64,000 nucleotides of DNA from Octopus sinensis (taxonomy: Eukaryota), in contig NC_043007.1 of NCBI RefSeq assembly GCF_006345805.1, positions 11,718,001-11,782,000 on the forward strand, read 5' to 3'. This document shows, one piece after another, positions 10,696-23,922 of the stretch; positions within the stretch are counted from its first letter, which is position 1, and every line of letters begins with the position of its first letter. The notes below the pieces were generated by a model. The model searched no databases, was not told the origin of the DNA, and saw nothing but the letters and a program-made list of their open reading frames with translations. Both the position numbers and the translations under genes were made by a program.

Positions 10696-11994
10696 AGTAG
10701 TTGGTATTTTATTACCCAGTAGCTTGTGATGCTCATCTACAAAGTGCAGTATCAGAAGATCAGTACTAACTATATTACTCTTATTGGTTTCGGTAGGGGG
10801 GGGTCTTTTTTTTTATTATTATTATTATTATTATTTTGTTTGCGGACTGATTTATGATAGATGGGGCATTGAGCTAAAACCCTACCCTGCCCGCCCCTTA
10901 CACACATACCCACACAAACAAAAAAAAAACAACAAAAAAACAAAAAAAAAATACAATCTTTCTTCAATTTATTCTCATATCAAAATTGAAATATATATTA
11001 ATATGAAAATATGAAAATCTCCAAATGGAGTTTGTAGTTAGTCTAACTTGTTCGTTCTCAATCAGTGAGTGTTTTTTAGAAGAACCACCACCACCCACCT
11101 TCCTTTGCCCTTCAAGTTCGTCTAAAGGCAATTTTTGTTTCGCACGATATTCATTCGGAGTTTATCCATTGAGAGTTAATGTACCATTCACCCTCTCTGC
11201 AGTGGGGCAGGGTGAAGAACGGTAAGGAGGGGCAACGGAACTTTGGGATGATATAATGCACCAGCCTTCCATTATTACTTAGGGAATCTATAAATCCAGT
11301 CAGCTTCAGTTCTCATCATTTTCATCTGTGTTGATAAACAAACATTTGCTTAAATACTGTAATTCTGAATCGAACGACGTGGTGGTGATGGTGGTGGGGG
11401 AATAAGCCATGACTGGGATTTCTTTTAATCTTTGGTCTCCTTGATCAGGAGTGGCCTTGGGCTAAATACTCAATAAAAATAGCAAACAACTTTATTCTAA
11501 AAGTAAAAGTGGTGGTCGTGGTAAGGTTTGCGGAGATTTTTTTTTTTTTTTATGAGAGTGGTTTATCAAAAAGATCATAAAATTTCAAACCAACCACATT
11601 CCTTTTTAGCAATTCTCCCTTTCTACCCCTTTCTTTCTTTCTTTCTCTCTCTCTCTCACCCCCCCCCCCCACACACTATCTTTCATGTCCTCTTTCTCCT
11701 TCCGTCCCTCATCTTCACTCCTCTTCCTCTCTGCTTTTTAGTACATCTCTCACTTCTCATACGTACTCTTCTCCCCCCTCTCTCTCTCTCTCTTTTCTCT
11801 CTCTCTCTATAATATATATATAGTATATATAAAAATCTTCTTTTCATTTTGCTTCTGTCTTTTACTTGTGAAAGCAGTTAGTATTAAGAGACATGAGGCT
11901 CAACAAGGTATAAAAGAGTTATTTTTTTCATGTCCCTGTTAGCATAAAAATGTATCAGGCTATCCACCAATGTCCATATACAAGAAAGGGACAT

Positions 11995-12245
11995 GACATC
12001 ATCATGATCATCATTATCATCATCATTTTAGCATCCACTTTTCAATGCTTGCATGGGTCAGATAGAATTTGTTGAGGTAGATTTTCTATGTGGCTGGATG
12101 CCCTTCCTTTTGCCATCCCCCAATTATTTCCAAGGTAATATTACCCCATGAGCAGACATGTCTGTAAAGACTGAAAACAAAGGACATGATGGTGGATGCT
12201 TGCTTACAACGGTCATGTGATGTCAAGGCAAGGAGACAGTAACAC
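11995..12245 (-). mobile_element. SINE family C ((GAT)n tail, ggaagggcatccagcc core)
   Basis: catcatcat..tccacttttcaatgcttgcatgggtcagatagaatttgttgaggtagattttct..ggctggatgcccttcc..catgtgatgtcaaggcaaggagac; homologous to 55525-55790. Confidence 0.75.
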
Positions 12246-12713
12246 ACACAAACACAAACACACACACACACACACACACACATACAACACACATGCCAAC
12301 ATGCATATGTAAATATATTTATATATCCAAATTTAGGAAATGGAGAAGGTAAAAAACCCAGGCTGCATATGTTTCCTAACAAGCAGAACCTCAGAATTAG
12401 TAATTACTCAATGAGGGGTACTTCATTAGGTATTCATCAGGCTAAATATACCTTAGTCAAATGAAGGTCACATTGTTTTCAAGGAATCCCAAGTCAATTT
12501 GTAGGTGATTTGATTGAAAATGTGTGGAAAGCAAGCTTAAAAAGATTAAAGACTCCACATTCAAGCCTATTTGAGTTCTTCAGGCTTGAAATATTTTTAC
12601 AGGAATTTTGTTGCTTATAATCCTTGTTAAATACTGATCCAGAAGATATTAATTAGGATGATGCCACACTCAGAACATTAGATTGGGTCCTTGTGCAAGG
12701 AGCACAACTTTAA

Positions 12714-13230
12714 CCCTTTTGCATATTTAGACCAGCCATATTGGGCCCCATATCTACATGCTTTACAGTGTGGAGGCACATGCCCTAGTGGTTAGAGCAG
12801 CGGACTCGCGGTTGATGGATCGCGGGTTCGAATCTCAGACCGGGCAATGTGTGTGTTTATGAGCGAAACACCTAAGCTCCATGCAGCTCCTGCAGAAGGT
12901 AATGGCAAACTTCTGCTGACTCTTTCGCCACAACTTTCTCTCACTCTTTCCTCCTGCATCTTGCAGCTCACCTGTGACAGACCGGTGTCCCGTCCAGGTG
13001 GGGAACCTATACGCCAAGGAGACCGGGAAACTGGCCCTTATGAGCCAGGTATGGCTTGAGAAGGAACAAACAAAAAAAAATGCTTTACATTCAAACAATC
13101 CAGATCCAGCCTCTTACACATATCCTACAATGTCATTCTAGAAGTAAACAATCACATCATCAAAACCTCAAAGCTAAAAGATAATTAATGCATGATTAAT
13201 TTAAAACATGAATAAGTTAGTTTATGAAAA
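12714..13230 (+). mobile_element. Degenerate piggyBac-type MITE interrupted by a SINE
   Basis: Starts TTAA-CCCTTTTGCAT; sequence reads through after removing the SINE and one TSD copy; right end not clearly seen. Confidence 0.5.
12768..13079 (+). mobile_element. tRNA-derived SINE (family B2), full length with TSD
   Basis: A box tagtggttagag, B box gggttcgaatctc, tail gaaggaacaaacaaaa; 10-bp TSD ATGCTTTACA at 12758-12767 and 13080-13089. Confidence 0.92.
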
Positions 13231-13829
13231 ACAACAGAACGCTTCCTGATTGGAAAACTCAGCTTATCTCAACCACTTTTTGAATAAGTCTACCTTGGGT
13301 AAAAATAAATGTTGGTGCCTTTGGAGAGTTGCATAGCTGGTCTTCAAAAGCTCGCCCAAATGTTAAAAAAACAATTTGATTCAATAAGAAAAAATACAAA
13401 TGCCTAAATTTCTAAATGGTTATCATCAGAGTAAATGCGAAAATGGAAAATAGGGAGCAAAACCTCCTGAAAAATTTTTAGCAAACAATTGTGCTTGACT
13501 GTGTAGCTTCTGATGGTAACACAAAAAAAAAAAACAAGAAAAAAAAAACAAATGATGTCTGTTCTATGATGGTTAACATCAGTTGTGGCTTTAATGTGTG
13601 TACTGGTTATGCTAATGTTCATATTACATTAACGTTTGAATTGTGTTACAAAACAATGTTCTAATTGGAATACGTTATCACTTTCTTTCTTCATATTTAG
13701 AATCTCGGTGAAGGTTAGAAATAAATAAGTTTAACAATAGCCTTTTTTTTGTTCATGATTATGACCTCTTCTTTCGTGAACAACTGTTTTTCATTCTTAT
13801 TCTGTTTTGTTAGCTCTGTGTAGCGTGGG

Positions 13830-13849
13830 TATATGTGTGTGCATATATA

Positions 13850-13884
<35 letters not shown>

Positions 13885-14023
13885 CATATATATATGTGGT
13901 GCATATATATAATATATATATATATATTTATGCATATATATGTGTGTGCATATATATAATATATATGCATATATATTGTGTGTGTGTATATATATGTGCA
14001 TATATATATATATATATATATGC

Positions 14024-14054
<31 letters not shown>

Positions 14055-14292
14055 TGTATATATATGTATGTATATATATGTATATGTATATATACATATA
14101 TGTGTATGTATATATGTATATATAATATATATGTGTATGTATATATGTATAATATATATATATGTGTATGTATATATGTGTATATATATATGTATATGTA
14201 TATATATATGTGTATGTATATATGTGTATATATATGTATATATATATATGTGTATGTATATATGTGTATATATATATGTATATGCATATATA

Positions 14293-14323
<31 letters not shown>

Positions 14324-14465
14324 GTATATGTATATATATATGTGTATATATATATGTATATATTACATACATATGTGTGTATGTGCATGATGATAGATAG
14401 ATAGATAGACAAGCAGACAAATAGCTATAGTACATCTGTGTGTGTATGAACGCATACATACATTT

Positions 14466-14497
<32 letters not shown>

Positions 14498-15153
14498 GGA
14501 TGTATATGCATATATGTCTATATATTTGTGTAGTATTTGATATGTCATATGTGAAAAAATTAGCTGTTGAACTGGCGGCAATGTTGAGTTGAAAATGAAG
14601 TGACTTTCACTGAACTGTCATCTTTAAATTTCATTTTCGTTTGCTTTATATTTACAATATTTTCTTTATACTCCCCAAGGAAGTTAGAGATGGTGGGAGA
14701 AATCCAAACAAACAGTGCTGTGTACCGCTGCCACTGTGAGGGGAAAATAGCATAGTGATTTGTGTACTCATAAGCATACATGCTTATGTAATGCACACCT
14801 CATACACATACACACACATGCATATATATTTATATGCATCAGTGTATGTGGCTGTGTATAAATACGTGTGTGTATGTGTATATATATATATGTGTGTGTG
14901 TGTGCATATGTGATGTGTCTACATATATATATGTATATGTGTGTATATATATATATGTGTCTATTTGTGTATACATATGTATATAGGCATGTATATAAAT
15001 GTGTGTTTGTGTGTATGTATATTTGTTTGTGTATGTATATGTGTGTGTTTATGTATATATATATATACACACACATATATACATATATATATATACACAC
15101 ACATATATACATATATATATACACCACACACACACATATATATAGGTACACAC

Positions 15154-15187
<34 letters not shown>

Positions 15188-16158
15188 GTGTGTAACTATA
15201 TATATATATGTGTGTGTGTTTAAATGTGGGTGTATGTATTTATTTATACATGCTTTATGATAAAATTTAAAAAATACTTTTGCTCCCCCCACCCCCAAGT
15301 GTTTCAACTTAGGAATGCGGTTGTGTTTTAGTTTGGCTGTGAGTGAAGAATTTCGCTTCTGTCATTGGTGTCATGATATCTATATTCTTCACATTTAATG
15401 GGTCAACAGCTTCAGCTTTTACTTGCCAGCCATGATATACACTCACTACCACATGTGCATACATGCTCTTACACTTCCGCGCATGCACACACTCACATAT
15501 TGTGTGTCTATATATATATATATATATGTACGATGTGTCTATATATATATATCATGTGTATAATATATATATATATATGTACGTTATATATATATATATA
15601 TGTATGTAGTATATATATGTATGTATGTATATATTATGCATGTATCTATATATATGTATGTTATATATATGTATGTATATATATATATATGATGTATATT
15701 ATATATGTATGTATATATATATATGTATGTATATAATGTATGTATCTATATTTTATGTATGTTATTATATATATGTATTATAATATATATATATATATAT
15801 TGTATATATATATATGTATGTATATATATATATGTATGTATATATATATATGTATGTATATATATATGTATAGTTATGTATATATATATATATATGTATG
15901 TATATATATATATATATGTATGTATATATATATATATGTATATATATATATGTATGTATATATATTATGTATGTATATATATATATATGTATGTATATAT
16001 ATTATATGTATGTATCTATATATATATGTATGTATATATATATATATATGTATGTATATATATATATATATATGTATGTATATATATATATATATGTATG
16101 TATGTATTTATATATATGTGTGTATATATATTGTTGTATATATAGTATGTTATATATA

Positions 16159-16197
<39 letters not shown>

Positions 16198-16290
16198 TAT
16201 ATATAATATATATATATACACACATTTGTGTGTGAGTGTGTAGATAGACATACACACACACACACACACACGTATATATTAACACATGGA
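13830..16290. repeat. Three large (TA)n/(TG)n/(TATG)n microsatellite fields (about 13830-14520, 14820-15240, 15500-16290)
   Basis: Direct reading; short unique islands lie between them. Confidence 0.95.
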
Positions 16291-17003
16291 TTTCTCATGT
16301 ATGTCTACTATTTATATAGAGTGAAATAAATAACATTTCAGTGTTTGGGTGATTTATCAGTTCAGCAATGTATCATCCTATCTCTTTCTCTCTGTCTCTA
16401 GCTTTCTCTCTCTAACTCCCTCTCTCTTACTCTTCCTGTCGCCATCTCTCTTTCTGTGCTCCTCTCATTCTCCCTCTCTTTCTCTCTCTTTGCTTTTTTG
16501 TGCTCTCTCTCTCTTTCTCCCCCCCTCTCTCTCTCTCTCTCCTCTGTCAACAGCTGAAATTTTTGGATTAAGATTTCTTTTTGCAAATAACATTTAAAAA
16601 AATCAAGATGATAAATGTTACTGTGGGGGGGTGGTAACTGTAGGAGTGAGGTGGGATATGATGATGATGGTGGTGGTGGTGGTGGTTGGTGGTGTAATGA
16701 TGAACATGCTGATGATGTGGTGACAATGGTGGGCATGACAATGATGATGGTGGTGGTGATGATGGCAGTAATGATGATGGTGATACTGATGATGATGACT
16801 CAGTGCAGTAGATTTAGAGAGTGTAGAATGAAACATTGAAGTGTCTGTTATGAGGAAAAAGACACAGTTTAGGTTGCTGTTTAACCTCAGGTCAGCTGTG
16901 ACCAACTGTGGTCAACTGGTCAAGAAGCAAATCATGTGATGAAACATCTGTCTTTCAACACCAACCATTCAGTCTTTTATCCACTTATTATTTATATATG
17001 TAG

Positions 17004-17040
<37 letters not shown>

Positions 17041-17043
<3 letters not shown>

Positions 17044-17367
17044 TCATCATCATCCTCATCGTTTAACGTCCGTTTTCCGTGTATGGGTTGGACGGTTTGA
17101 CTGAGGTCTGGGAAGACAGGAGGCTACACCAGGCTCCAGTCTGATCTGGCAGTGTTTCTACAGCTGGATGCCCTTCATAATGCCAACCATTCCGTGAGTG
17201 TAGTGGGTGCTTTTTACGTGCCAGAGCAGGCTGGCAGTGGTCACGATCGGTTGGTGCTTTTTATGTGCCACCGGCATAGAAGCCAGTTAAGGCGACGCTG
17301 GCATCGGCCACATTCGGATGGTGCTTTTTACGTGCCACCAGCACAGGTATCACAACTACAATTTCCA
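17041..17367 (-). mobile_element. RTE-tail-type element with three internal hairpin-repeat modules
   Basis: (CAT)n-gtttaacgtccgttttcc tail, gctggatgcccttc core, ggtgctttttacgtgcca repeats at 17206, 17253 and 17320. Confidence 0.85.
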
Positions 17368-17488
17368 TATATATATATTGTCAAACATAGTTTACTTGAA
17401 GTTACATTGTCTGGAATAAAATTTATTCTAGTGTTTGAATTATTTACACCAATGAGATCCATGAAAATTCCACACTCTGCATTATCAA

Positions 17489-17680
17489 GATCATCATCAT
17501 CATCATCATTTAATGTTTGTTCTCCATGCTGGCATGGGTTGAACAGTTTGATGAGCTGGCTCGCAGGAGAGCTGTACCAAGTTCCAGTCTGATTTGGCAT
17601 GATCTCTATGGCTGGATACCCTTCCCAAAGCCAACCATTTTATACAGTGTGCTGGGTGCTTCTTACACGACACCAGCACT
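17489..17680 (-). mobile_element. RTE-tail-type element, older copy
   Basis: (CAT)n..ctccatgctggcatgggttg..ggctggatacccttccc..gggtgcttcttacac. Confidence 0.75.
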
Positions 17681-17723
17681 TTGTATATTTTATTTATTTA
17701 TATTTCGTTCCATAAATTTACAT

Positions 17724-17874
17724 ATAGGCGCAGGAGTAGCTTCCTTACCAAACACATGGTTCTGGGTTCAGTCCCATTGCGTGGCACCTTGGGCAAGTGT
17801 CTTCTAATATAGCCTCGGGCCAACGAAAGCCTTGTGAGTTGATTTAGTAGATGGAAATGGAAAGAAGCCCGTTG

Positions 17875-17907
<33 letters not shown>

Positions 17908-18100
17908 TTGTGTGTCTGTGTTTGTCCTCACAACATCGCTTGACAACCAATGCTGGTGTGTTTACATCCCCGTAACTTAGCAGTTCAGCAAAAAGAGACC
18001 GATAGAATAAGTCCTGGGGTTGATTTGCTTGACTAAAGGCGGTGCTCCAGCATGGCCACAGTCAAATGACTGAAACATAAATGAGTAAAGAGTAAAAGAG
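17724..18100 (+). mobile_element. SINE family A, full length
   Basis: ataggcgcaggagtagc head, central (TA)(TG) tract, gagtaaagagtaaaagag tail. Confidence 0.9.
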
Positions 18101-18699
18101 TATATCACCAAACGTTTTTGATCACCTCTTACGACATGTAGGGACATTGTATACCTATTCTATAACCTTGCCTGCAACTAAAATTATGTTCCACTTCTTT
18201 GTAACTGTAAACTGCATTATTGATAGGTCAAGGTTTCTTTGGTCTTTGTTCTTGCTCACCCCCGGGACACAGCATCAGCAACACTTTAGCCAATTAGTCA
18301 GCAATCTGGTTTTTCTTTGTTTTTTGTTTTTTTCTTGAGAATCCTCAAGAGCAAATATTGTAAATCAAAATACATGGTTCATTAAGTCAAATTAAATCAA
18401 ACCTAGTTTGTGAAAGATGATTATTTTATCGATCCTGAGAGTTACTTTAATTTTTTTTTAAGAAAGAAAAAAAAAAAAATGAAACCAACTCACACCCAAG
18501 GAGATTTGAACTCGAGATGCATGGGAAACAGAGTTAAATGCTGCTAGGCATTTAGTGCACTGCTCCATCACTGCCACCAACAAGCTAGTATAACACCTAA
18601 ACCCTATCAAAATGCATTTATATTCTATTTAGCTTTCATTGATTGCACAGTTTATATTCTTTGTTACACTATTTTCTGCTGTTGCATTGAAATTTATTT

Positions 18700-18812
18700 C
18701 TGTCAATCCTGATGTTACATGCATATGTGCATGTGTGTGCACACATATATATATATTTATATGCACACACACACACACAAATACATACATATATAGAGAT
18801 ATATATGTACAC

Positions 18813-18859
<47 letters not shown>

Positions 18860-19133
18860 TATATATGTATATATACATATCTGTGTATGTATGTGTATAT
18901 ATATATATATGCACACATAGATAGTTATATATAGCCAATGCCAGCATGGAAAACACGTTAAATGATGATACACACACAGACACATACACACACAAAACCA
19001 ATGCCAGCATGGAAAATGGATGTTAAATGATGATGATGCATGTGTGTGTACACATATACATAATATACTATATATGTGCACACACACACACACACATACA
19101 TTCATACACACACACACACATACATACGTACAT

Positions 19134-19164
<31 letters not shown>

Positions 19165-19180
19165 TACATATATACATACA
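18700..19180. repeat. TA/CA microsatellite field containing two tandem ~35-bp RTE tails
   Basis: ccaatgccagcatggaaaa..gttaaatgatgat at 18935 and 18998. Confidence 0.85.
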
Positions 19181-19994
19181 GTCCTTTTTTGATTCCACTC
19201 AAATGTTTTGAAAGAAATCATATACAGGTGTCCACTTAACTGCAGAACAATAATACTCTGTTCAAAATTGACTGCAAATTAACTCTTGATTCCTCTTTAA
19301 AAACATATTCTTCTTTTGTTTCTCTTCTTTTCCTCTCTGACAATTCTTCACCTCTTCTTCTTCTTCTTTTTCTTGCTACAAGAGAGAAACAAATTTCTGT
19401 ATCTATTCATTTGACAGGAACAAAACTACAAAAGTATTCATTGAGAACTTGTTATATATTCCACTAATAGATTTTCTATTGATCTATTTCATTTCCCAAC
19501 TGAAGCAGATGTAGGTATTAAGCTTGACATTTATTTTTCAACCAATTATCTTTTAGTGGTTACCATTTAATCAGTAAAGGTTGTTGAGGTCTCTTGTAAA
19601 TTAACAAGCAACTATAAACACTATTTAAAAAAAAGTAAATGAAGAAATCTTACTTCATATCTGCTATGTACATATAAATACGTTGTCGCGTATGCATGGG
19701 ATTGTAAAATCCGAAATGAATTGGTGGAAAACGAGTGAGAGATTTGGTAGCTTAACCGAATGGAAGTATTTCAGCTGACATTTAAAGGATGTCAATTCTT
19801 TCCAGCTTAACACATTCTCTTCTGGTATTTATTTATTTATTTATTTATTCATTCATTTATTTATATATTTTTTATTTTACCTTCAGTTTTGCAATTTTTC
19901 TTTTTTGTCCTCTTTCCAAACACCGCGAACACGTAACACTTGCAGTATCTTACTTGTGTTTTTTTTTTAAATTTTTTGTTCCAAAACACTAAAA

Positions 19995-20450
19995 ATTATC
20001 TCCATCAATATCATCATCATCACCATCTTCATCATCATCATCATCATTATCATTATCATCTTCATCATCATCATCATCATTATAATTTTCATCATCATCA
20101 TCATTTTCATCATCATCATCATTATCATCATCATCATCATTATCATCTTCATCATCATCATCGTCATCATCATCATCGTCATCATCATCATCATCATTAT
20201 AATTTTCATCATCATCACCATCTTTTCATCATCATCATTTTCATCATCATCACCATCTTTTCATCATCATCATCATCATCACTGTCACTATCACCACCGC
20301 CATTGTCATCATCGTCGTCATCATCTCAGTCATCATCAGCATCATCAATGTCATCACCATTATCATCATCACTGCCATCATCATCATTATCATCCTTATC
20401 ATCATCACCATTATCATCCTTATCATCATCACCATCTCTGTCATCATCAT
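19995..20450. repeat. Degenerate (CAT)n tract
   Basis: Direct reading; gives the spurious poly-His and poly-Met ORFs. Confidence 0.95.
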
Positions 20451-21066
20451 TTTAACGACTTTCATCTGTAACGGTGTGTGTGTGTGAATGTACCACTTTT
20501 CCTCATCCCCCGTCTTATTTCGCCTTTAAGATCCAATATCCTATGAACTGATCTTCAGTTCTTCTATGTCGTCTTTTAGCCTTCTGTTGCCTTCAAAAGC
20601 CTTTCACTATCAGCAGCTGACACTTTTTCATCCAGCAGGTATTGTCCATTTATTTACATCACAGCTGCATTCATGCACACACCAGCTAATGTCTAGCCAC
20701 TTTCGCATTTCACTTATGCTCTTTGCCTTTCATGCAAGTTAATGTTGCACATCCAGCGGATCACACTCATTTCATTTCCTCTCTTTCTCTTTCTCTCTCT
20801 CTCTCTCTTTTTCTCTCCATAGCTTTGCACATCCATCCGCCACTTTCAATGCCCTGCATTTTAATACCCTGCAACGTTATTGCACTTCATACGCAGGCTT
20901 AATGCAATCTATCTATTGTGCAGTGTGTGCAGTGAGAAAGATCCTTTATTGTCATTGACAATAACAAGTGTGTTAATGTATTGTGATGTACACACACACA
21001 CACACACACACATACACCACACACACACACACATACACGCACACATACACACATATGATTTATATA

Positions 21067-21903
21067 CAGGGTGCGATGGGTAAATTTTCGCCCTCTTATA
21101 TTTTAAATTTCACATATGCACATTGTTTGTTTTTGATTTTGTTGACTACACAGTATAGTGGGGTCAGTTGGGCACCGTCTGTGAGAAAAACAGCACCATT
21201 ACACAATTCACTCTGCCAGAAATTTGGAAACAACATGCTGTACTGTTTGGCATTCGCACTGTAAGCTCCAATACGAACATGCACCAAGAGTGACAAAAAT
21301 CAAACATCCAGTCAACATCATGGTGTTTGGAGTGATCACTAGTGATGGCAACGTTATGCCTCCATTCTTCTTCCCACATGGCTTCAGATTCAACACAGAG
21401 GCCTACATCAAGTGCCTGGAGGAGGTAGTGCTGCCCTGGGTCAAAAGGGTGGCTACTGCAAGACCCTATATCTGGCAACAAGACTCTGCACCATGCCACA
21501 CAAGCAGAAGAACCCAGTCATGGCTGTCAGACAATAACTGCGACCACATCACCCCCTAACATCTGACCACCTAACTCCCCACACTGCAACCCCCTTGATT
21601 ATCTTGTGTGGAGCATTGTTGAGCGAGAGACCAAGAAAACTCCTTGTAACACCGAAAATGAATTGAAGGTAAAGATTATGGCAGCATTCACCAACTTAAA
21701 CAAGGAGACCGTCCAGAAGAGTTGCAGGAGATTCTCAAGTCGTCTGGAGGCTGTGGTTGAAGTGAATGCTGATTTTACTGAATAAATTTGCCCTTTAGTA
21801 TTTCAAGATGTTTTTATGTAATTTTGGTAAATACATCTTTTAAGATGTCAATGTTATTTTCATTTTTGCGTAATTTAGATGACAGTCTATTCACCCCACC
21901 CTG
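21067..21903 (+). mobile_element. Internally deleted Tc1/mariner DD37D (maT-type) transposon, 837 bp
   Basis: TA-CAGGGTG ends with TA on both sides (21065-66, 21904-05); IKHPVNIMVFGVITSDG..WQQDSAPCHTSRRTQSWLSDN..ITP then frameshift to PPNSPHCNPLDY; 37 residues between the 2nd and 3rd catalytic D; first D region deleted. Confidence 0.92.
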
Positions 21904-22029
21904 TATATGTATACACACACACACACACACATTTGTATATCTGCACACACGTGCATATCAGTACATGATACATCATACACACACACACAAAACACACACA
22001 TGCACACTCACACACATATACAGATAATG

Positions 22030-22130
22030 GCGCCTTGTGTAGTTTCTGGCCTTACCAGCTCCTGTTAAACCATCCAACCCATGCCAGCATGGAAAAACGG
22101 ATGTTAAGTTATGATGATGAAGATGATCAT
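22030..22130 (+). mobile_element. Short RTE-tail fragment
   Basis: ccatccaacccatgccagcatggaaaaacggatgttaag..atgatgatg. Confidence 0.75.
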
Positions 22131-22329
22131 GATTTAGATGCAGTCATAGTTGTATGTTCAAGAAATTTGGTTTAGGGCCACTTAACTAGGGTTTCAGTCT
22201 CACTGCATGGACACTGTCAGCTAATGTCCTCTACTTTAGCTGTGGCTTTGAAGTGAAATCAGTTGATGGAAACTTAAGCCCATTGCATATGTATGAGTGT
22301 GTGTGTGTGTGCATGTGATGTCATACTTC

Positions 22330-22900
22330 TCTTCATCTTGACATGCTTGCATGCTTTTTTTCATGTCAACTTCACTGTTCGTGCATGAGGGTCTGCAGCT
22401 TGCAGAACTGCAAACCCTGGTGGGAACTTGGCTTCATGTTAGAGGATGATGGGATTGAACTATGAGAAAGGGTAGGAGCAGCAGTGCAGGTTCTTGTAGG
22501 GGATCTACATAGCTATTAGCATCTACTTAGGGGAAGGGGAGCGAAAGAGAAAAGGAACAGAAGAGCTGCATGTGGGGGATAACAGCTGTAAGGTACCTTA
22601 GGTGGCCCCTCAAGGCTCAAGATGAAGTGAAAAATCAGTTGTCAAGATTGTACGTGAAGGAGAATGATGAGATGGGGACACAGACTCCCAAAAGGGATTA
22701 AGGGTAGATGAGAGAGGAGCTGTGAGCTGGGGGAGATAGAAGAATTCACAAGAGAATATCAATAGGAACACAGGAGTGATAAAGTCAAAACAGTTGCTGG
22801 TGAGGGGGATGACATGGTTGGGTAGTCTGCAAGAGCGAAGGGGATGGAGAAGAGACAGGCCTAATGCATGGGTGGAGAGCATGTAATATTTGTGGAGAGC
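22330..22900 (-). mobile_element. Possible highly decayed LINE (CR1/L2-like) 3' fragment
   Basis: Purine-rich unique block; the minus strand gives weak FWES/TYNL similarity to CR1 C-terminal LWNSLP..TYNL motifs; many stops. Weak. Confidence 0.25.
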
Positions 22901-23140
22901 ACAACACATAGAACTTCTAGAACTCGGTTTTTACTGAGAAGGACAGGTCCGTATTTGTCTCTCCCCACTGTTTGATGACCAGTTGATAAACCCATAGCTT
23001 AGCAGTTTGGCATAAAGAGAATGACAGAATAAGTATCAAATTTAAAAAATAAGTACTGGGGTTCGTTGACTTGTTTGGCTAACACCCTTCAAGATGGTCC
23101 CCCAACATGGCTGTAGTCCAGTGACTGTAACTAGTAAAAG

Positions 23141-23174
<34 letters not shown>

Positions 23175-23176
<2 letters not shown>

Positions 23177-23480
23177 TTTGTTTGTTCCCTCTTAAGCCGT
23201 GACTGGCTCATTAGGGCTGGTTTCCCAGTTTCCTTGGCATATAGGTTCCCCACCTTGATGGGACGCTAGTCCATCGCAGGTGAGCTGCTAGATGCAGGAA
23301 GAAAGAGTGAGAGAAAGTTGTGGCGAAAAAGTCAGCAGAAGTTTGCCATTACCTTCTGCCAGAGCAACGTGGTGCTTAGGTGTTTCGCTCATAAACACAC
23401 ACATCGCCCGGTCTGAGATTCAAACCCGCGATTCCTTGACTGTGAGTCTGCTGCTCTAACTACTAGGTCATGTGCCTCGA
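23175..23480 (-). mobile_element. SINE family B2, full length
   Basis: Reverse complement of the 12768 copy (gtctgagattcaaacccgcg, gagtctgctgctctaactactaggtcatgtgcctc). Confidence 0.9.
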
Positions 23481-23495
23481 CACATATATATATAT

Positions 23496-23537
<42 letters not shown>

Positions 23538-23542
<5 letters not shown>

Positions 23543-23922
23543 GCATCCCTTTTGTTTCGGGAGACAATGGAGTTGCGCATAAAATAGTCTAGTCCGGCTT
23601 TTACATTTCATGTCCTAATACATCTCCTGCTGTGGCTGTTTAGTCCTATCCTGGACAAACACTCCCTCTGGCAGGTGCCGCAAATGTAGCGAAGACTTTG
23701 CCTGGCTGGTTGTAATGTCATAGTTTCTTGTTGACGTCTTTTCTTGTCTTTCCATTTCTCCTCTCTCTCTGTCACTCCTTTGTATTCCCTCTTTTACGGT
23801 ACGTCGCCAATCTCCACGGTTGCTGGCAATTGCTTCTCAACTGCTAATATTGATGTTGCAGGCCTTCATGTCCCTTTTGCAAACATCCTTGTAACGTAAG
23901 AACAGTCTACCCACAGACCTAG
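23538..23922 (-). mobile_element. RTE-clade LINE 3' fragment
   Basis: Minus strand RSVGRLFLRYKDVCKRDMKACNINISS*EAIASNRGDWRRTVKEG..YICGTCQRECLSRIGLNSHSRRC; GRP-x-LRYKDVCKRD-like motif plus C-terminal CxxC..SRIGL.SH zinc motif; (TA)n on both sides. Confidence 0.88.

Noticed and set aside
13395-13435. Minus-strand CTGATGA-taa-ccat-tta-GAAA hammerhead-like match
   Set aside because: Stem II is 3 A-U pairs, stem III is not palindromic, stem I starts with a U-U mismatch, and there is no repeat context; consistent with chance in AT-rich DNA.
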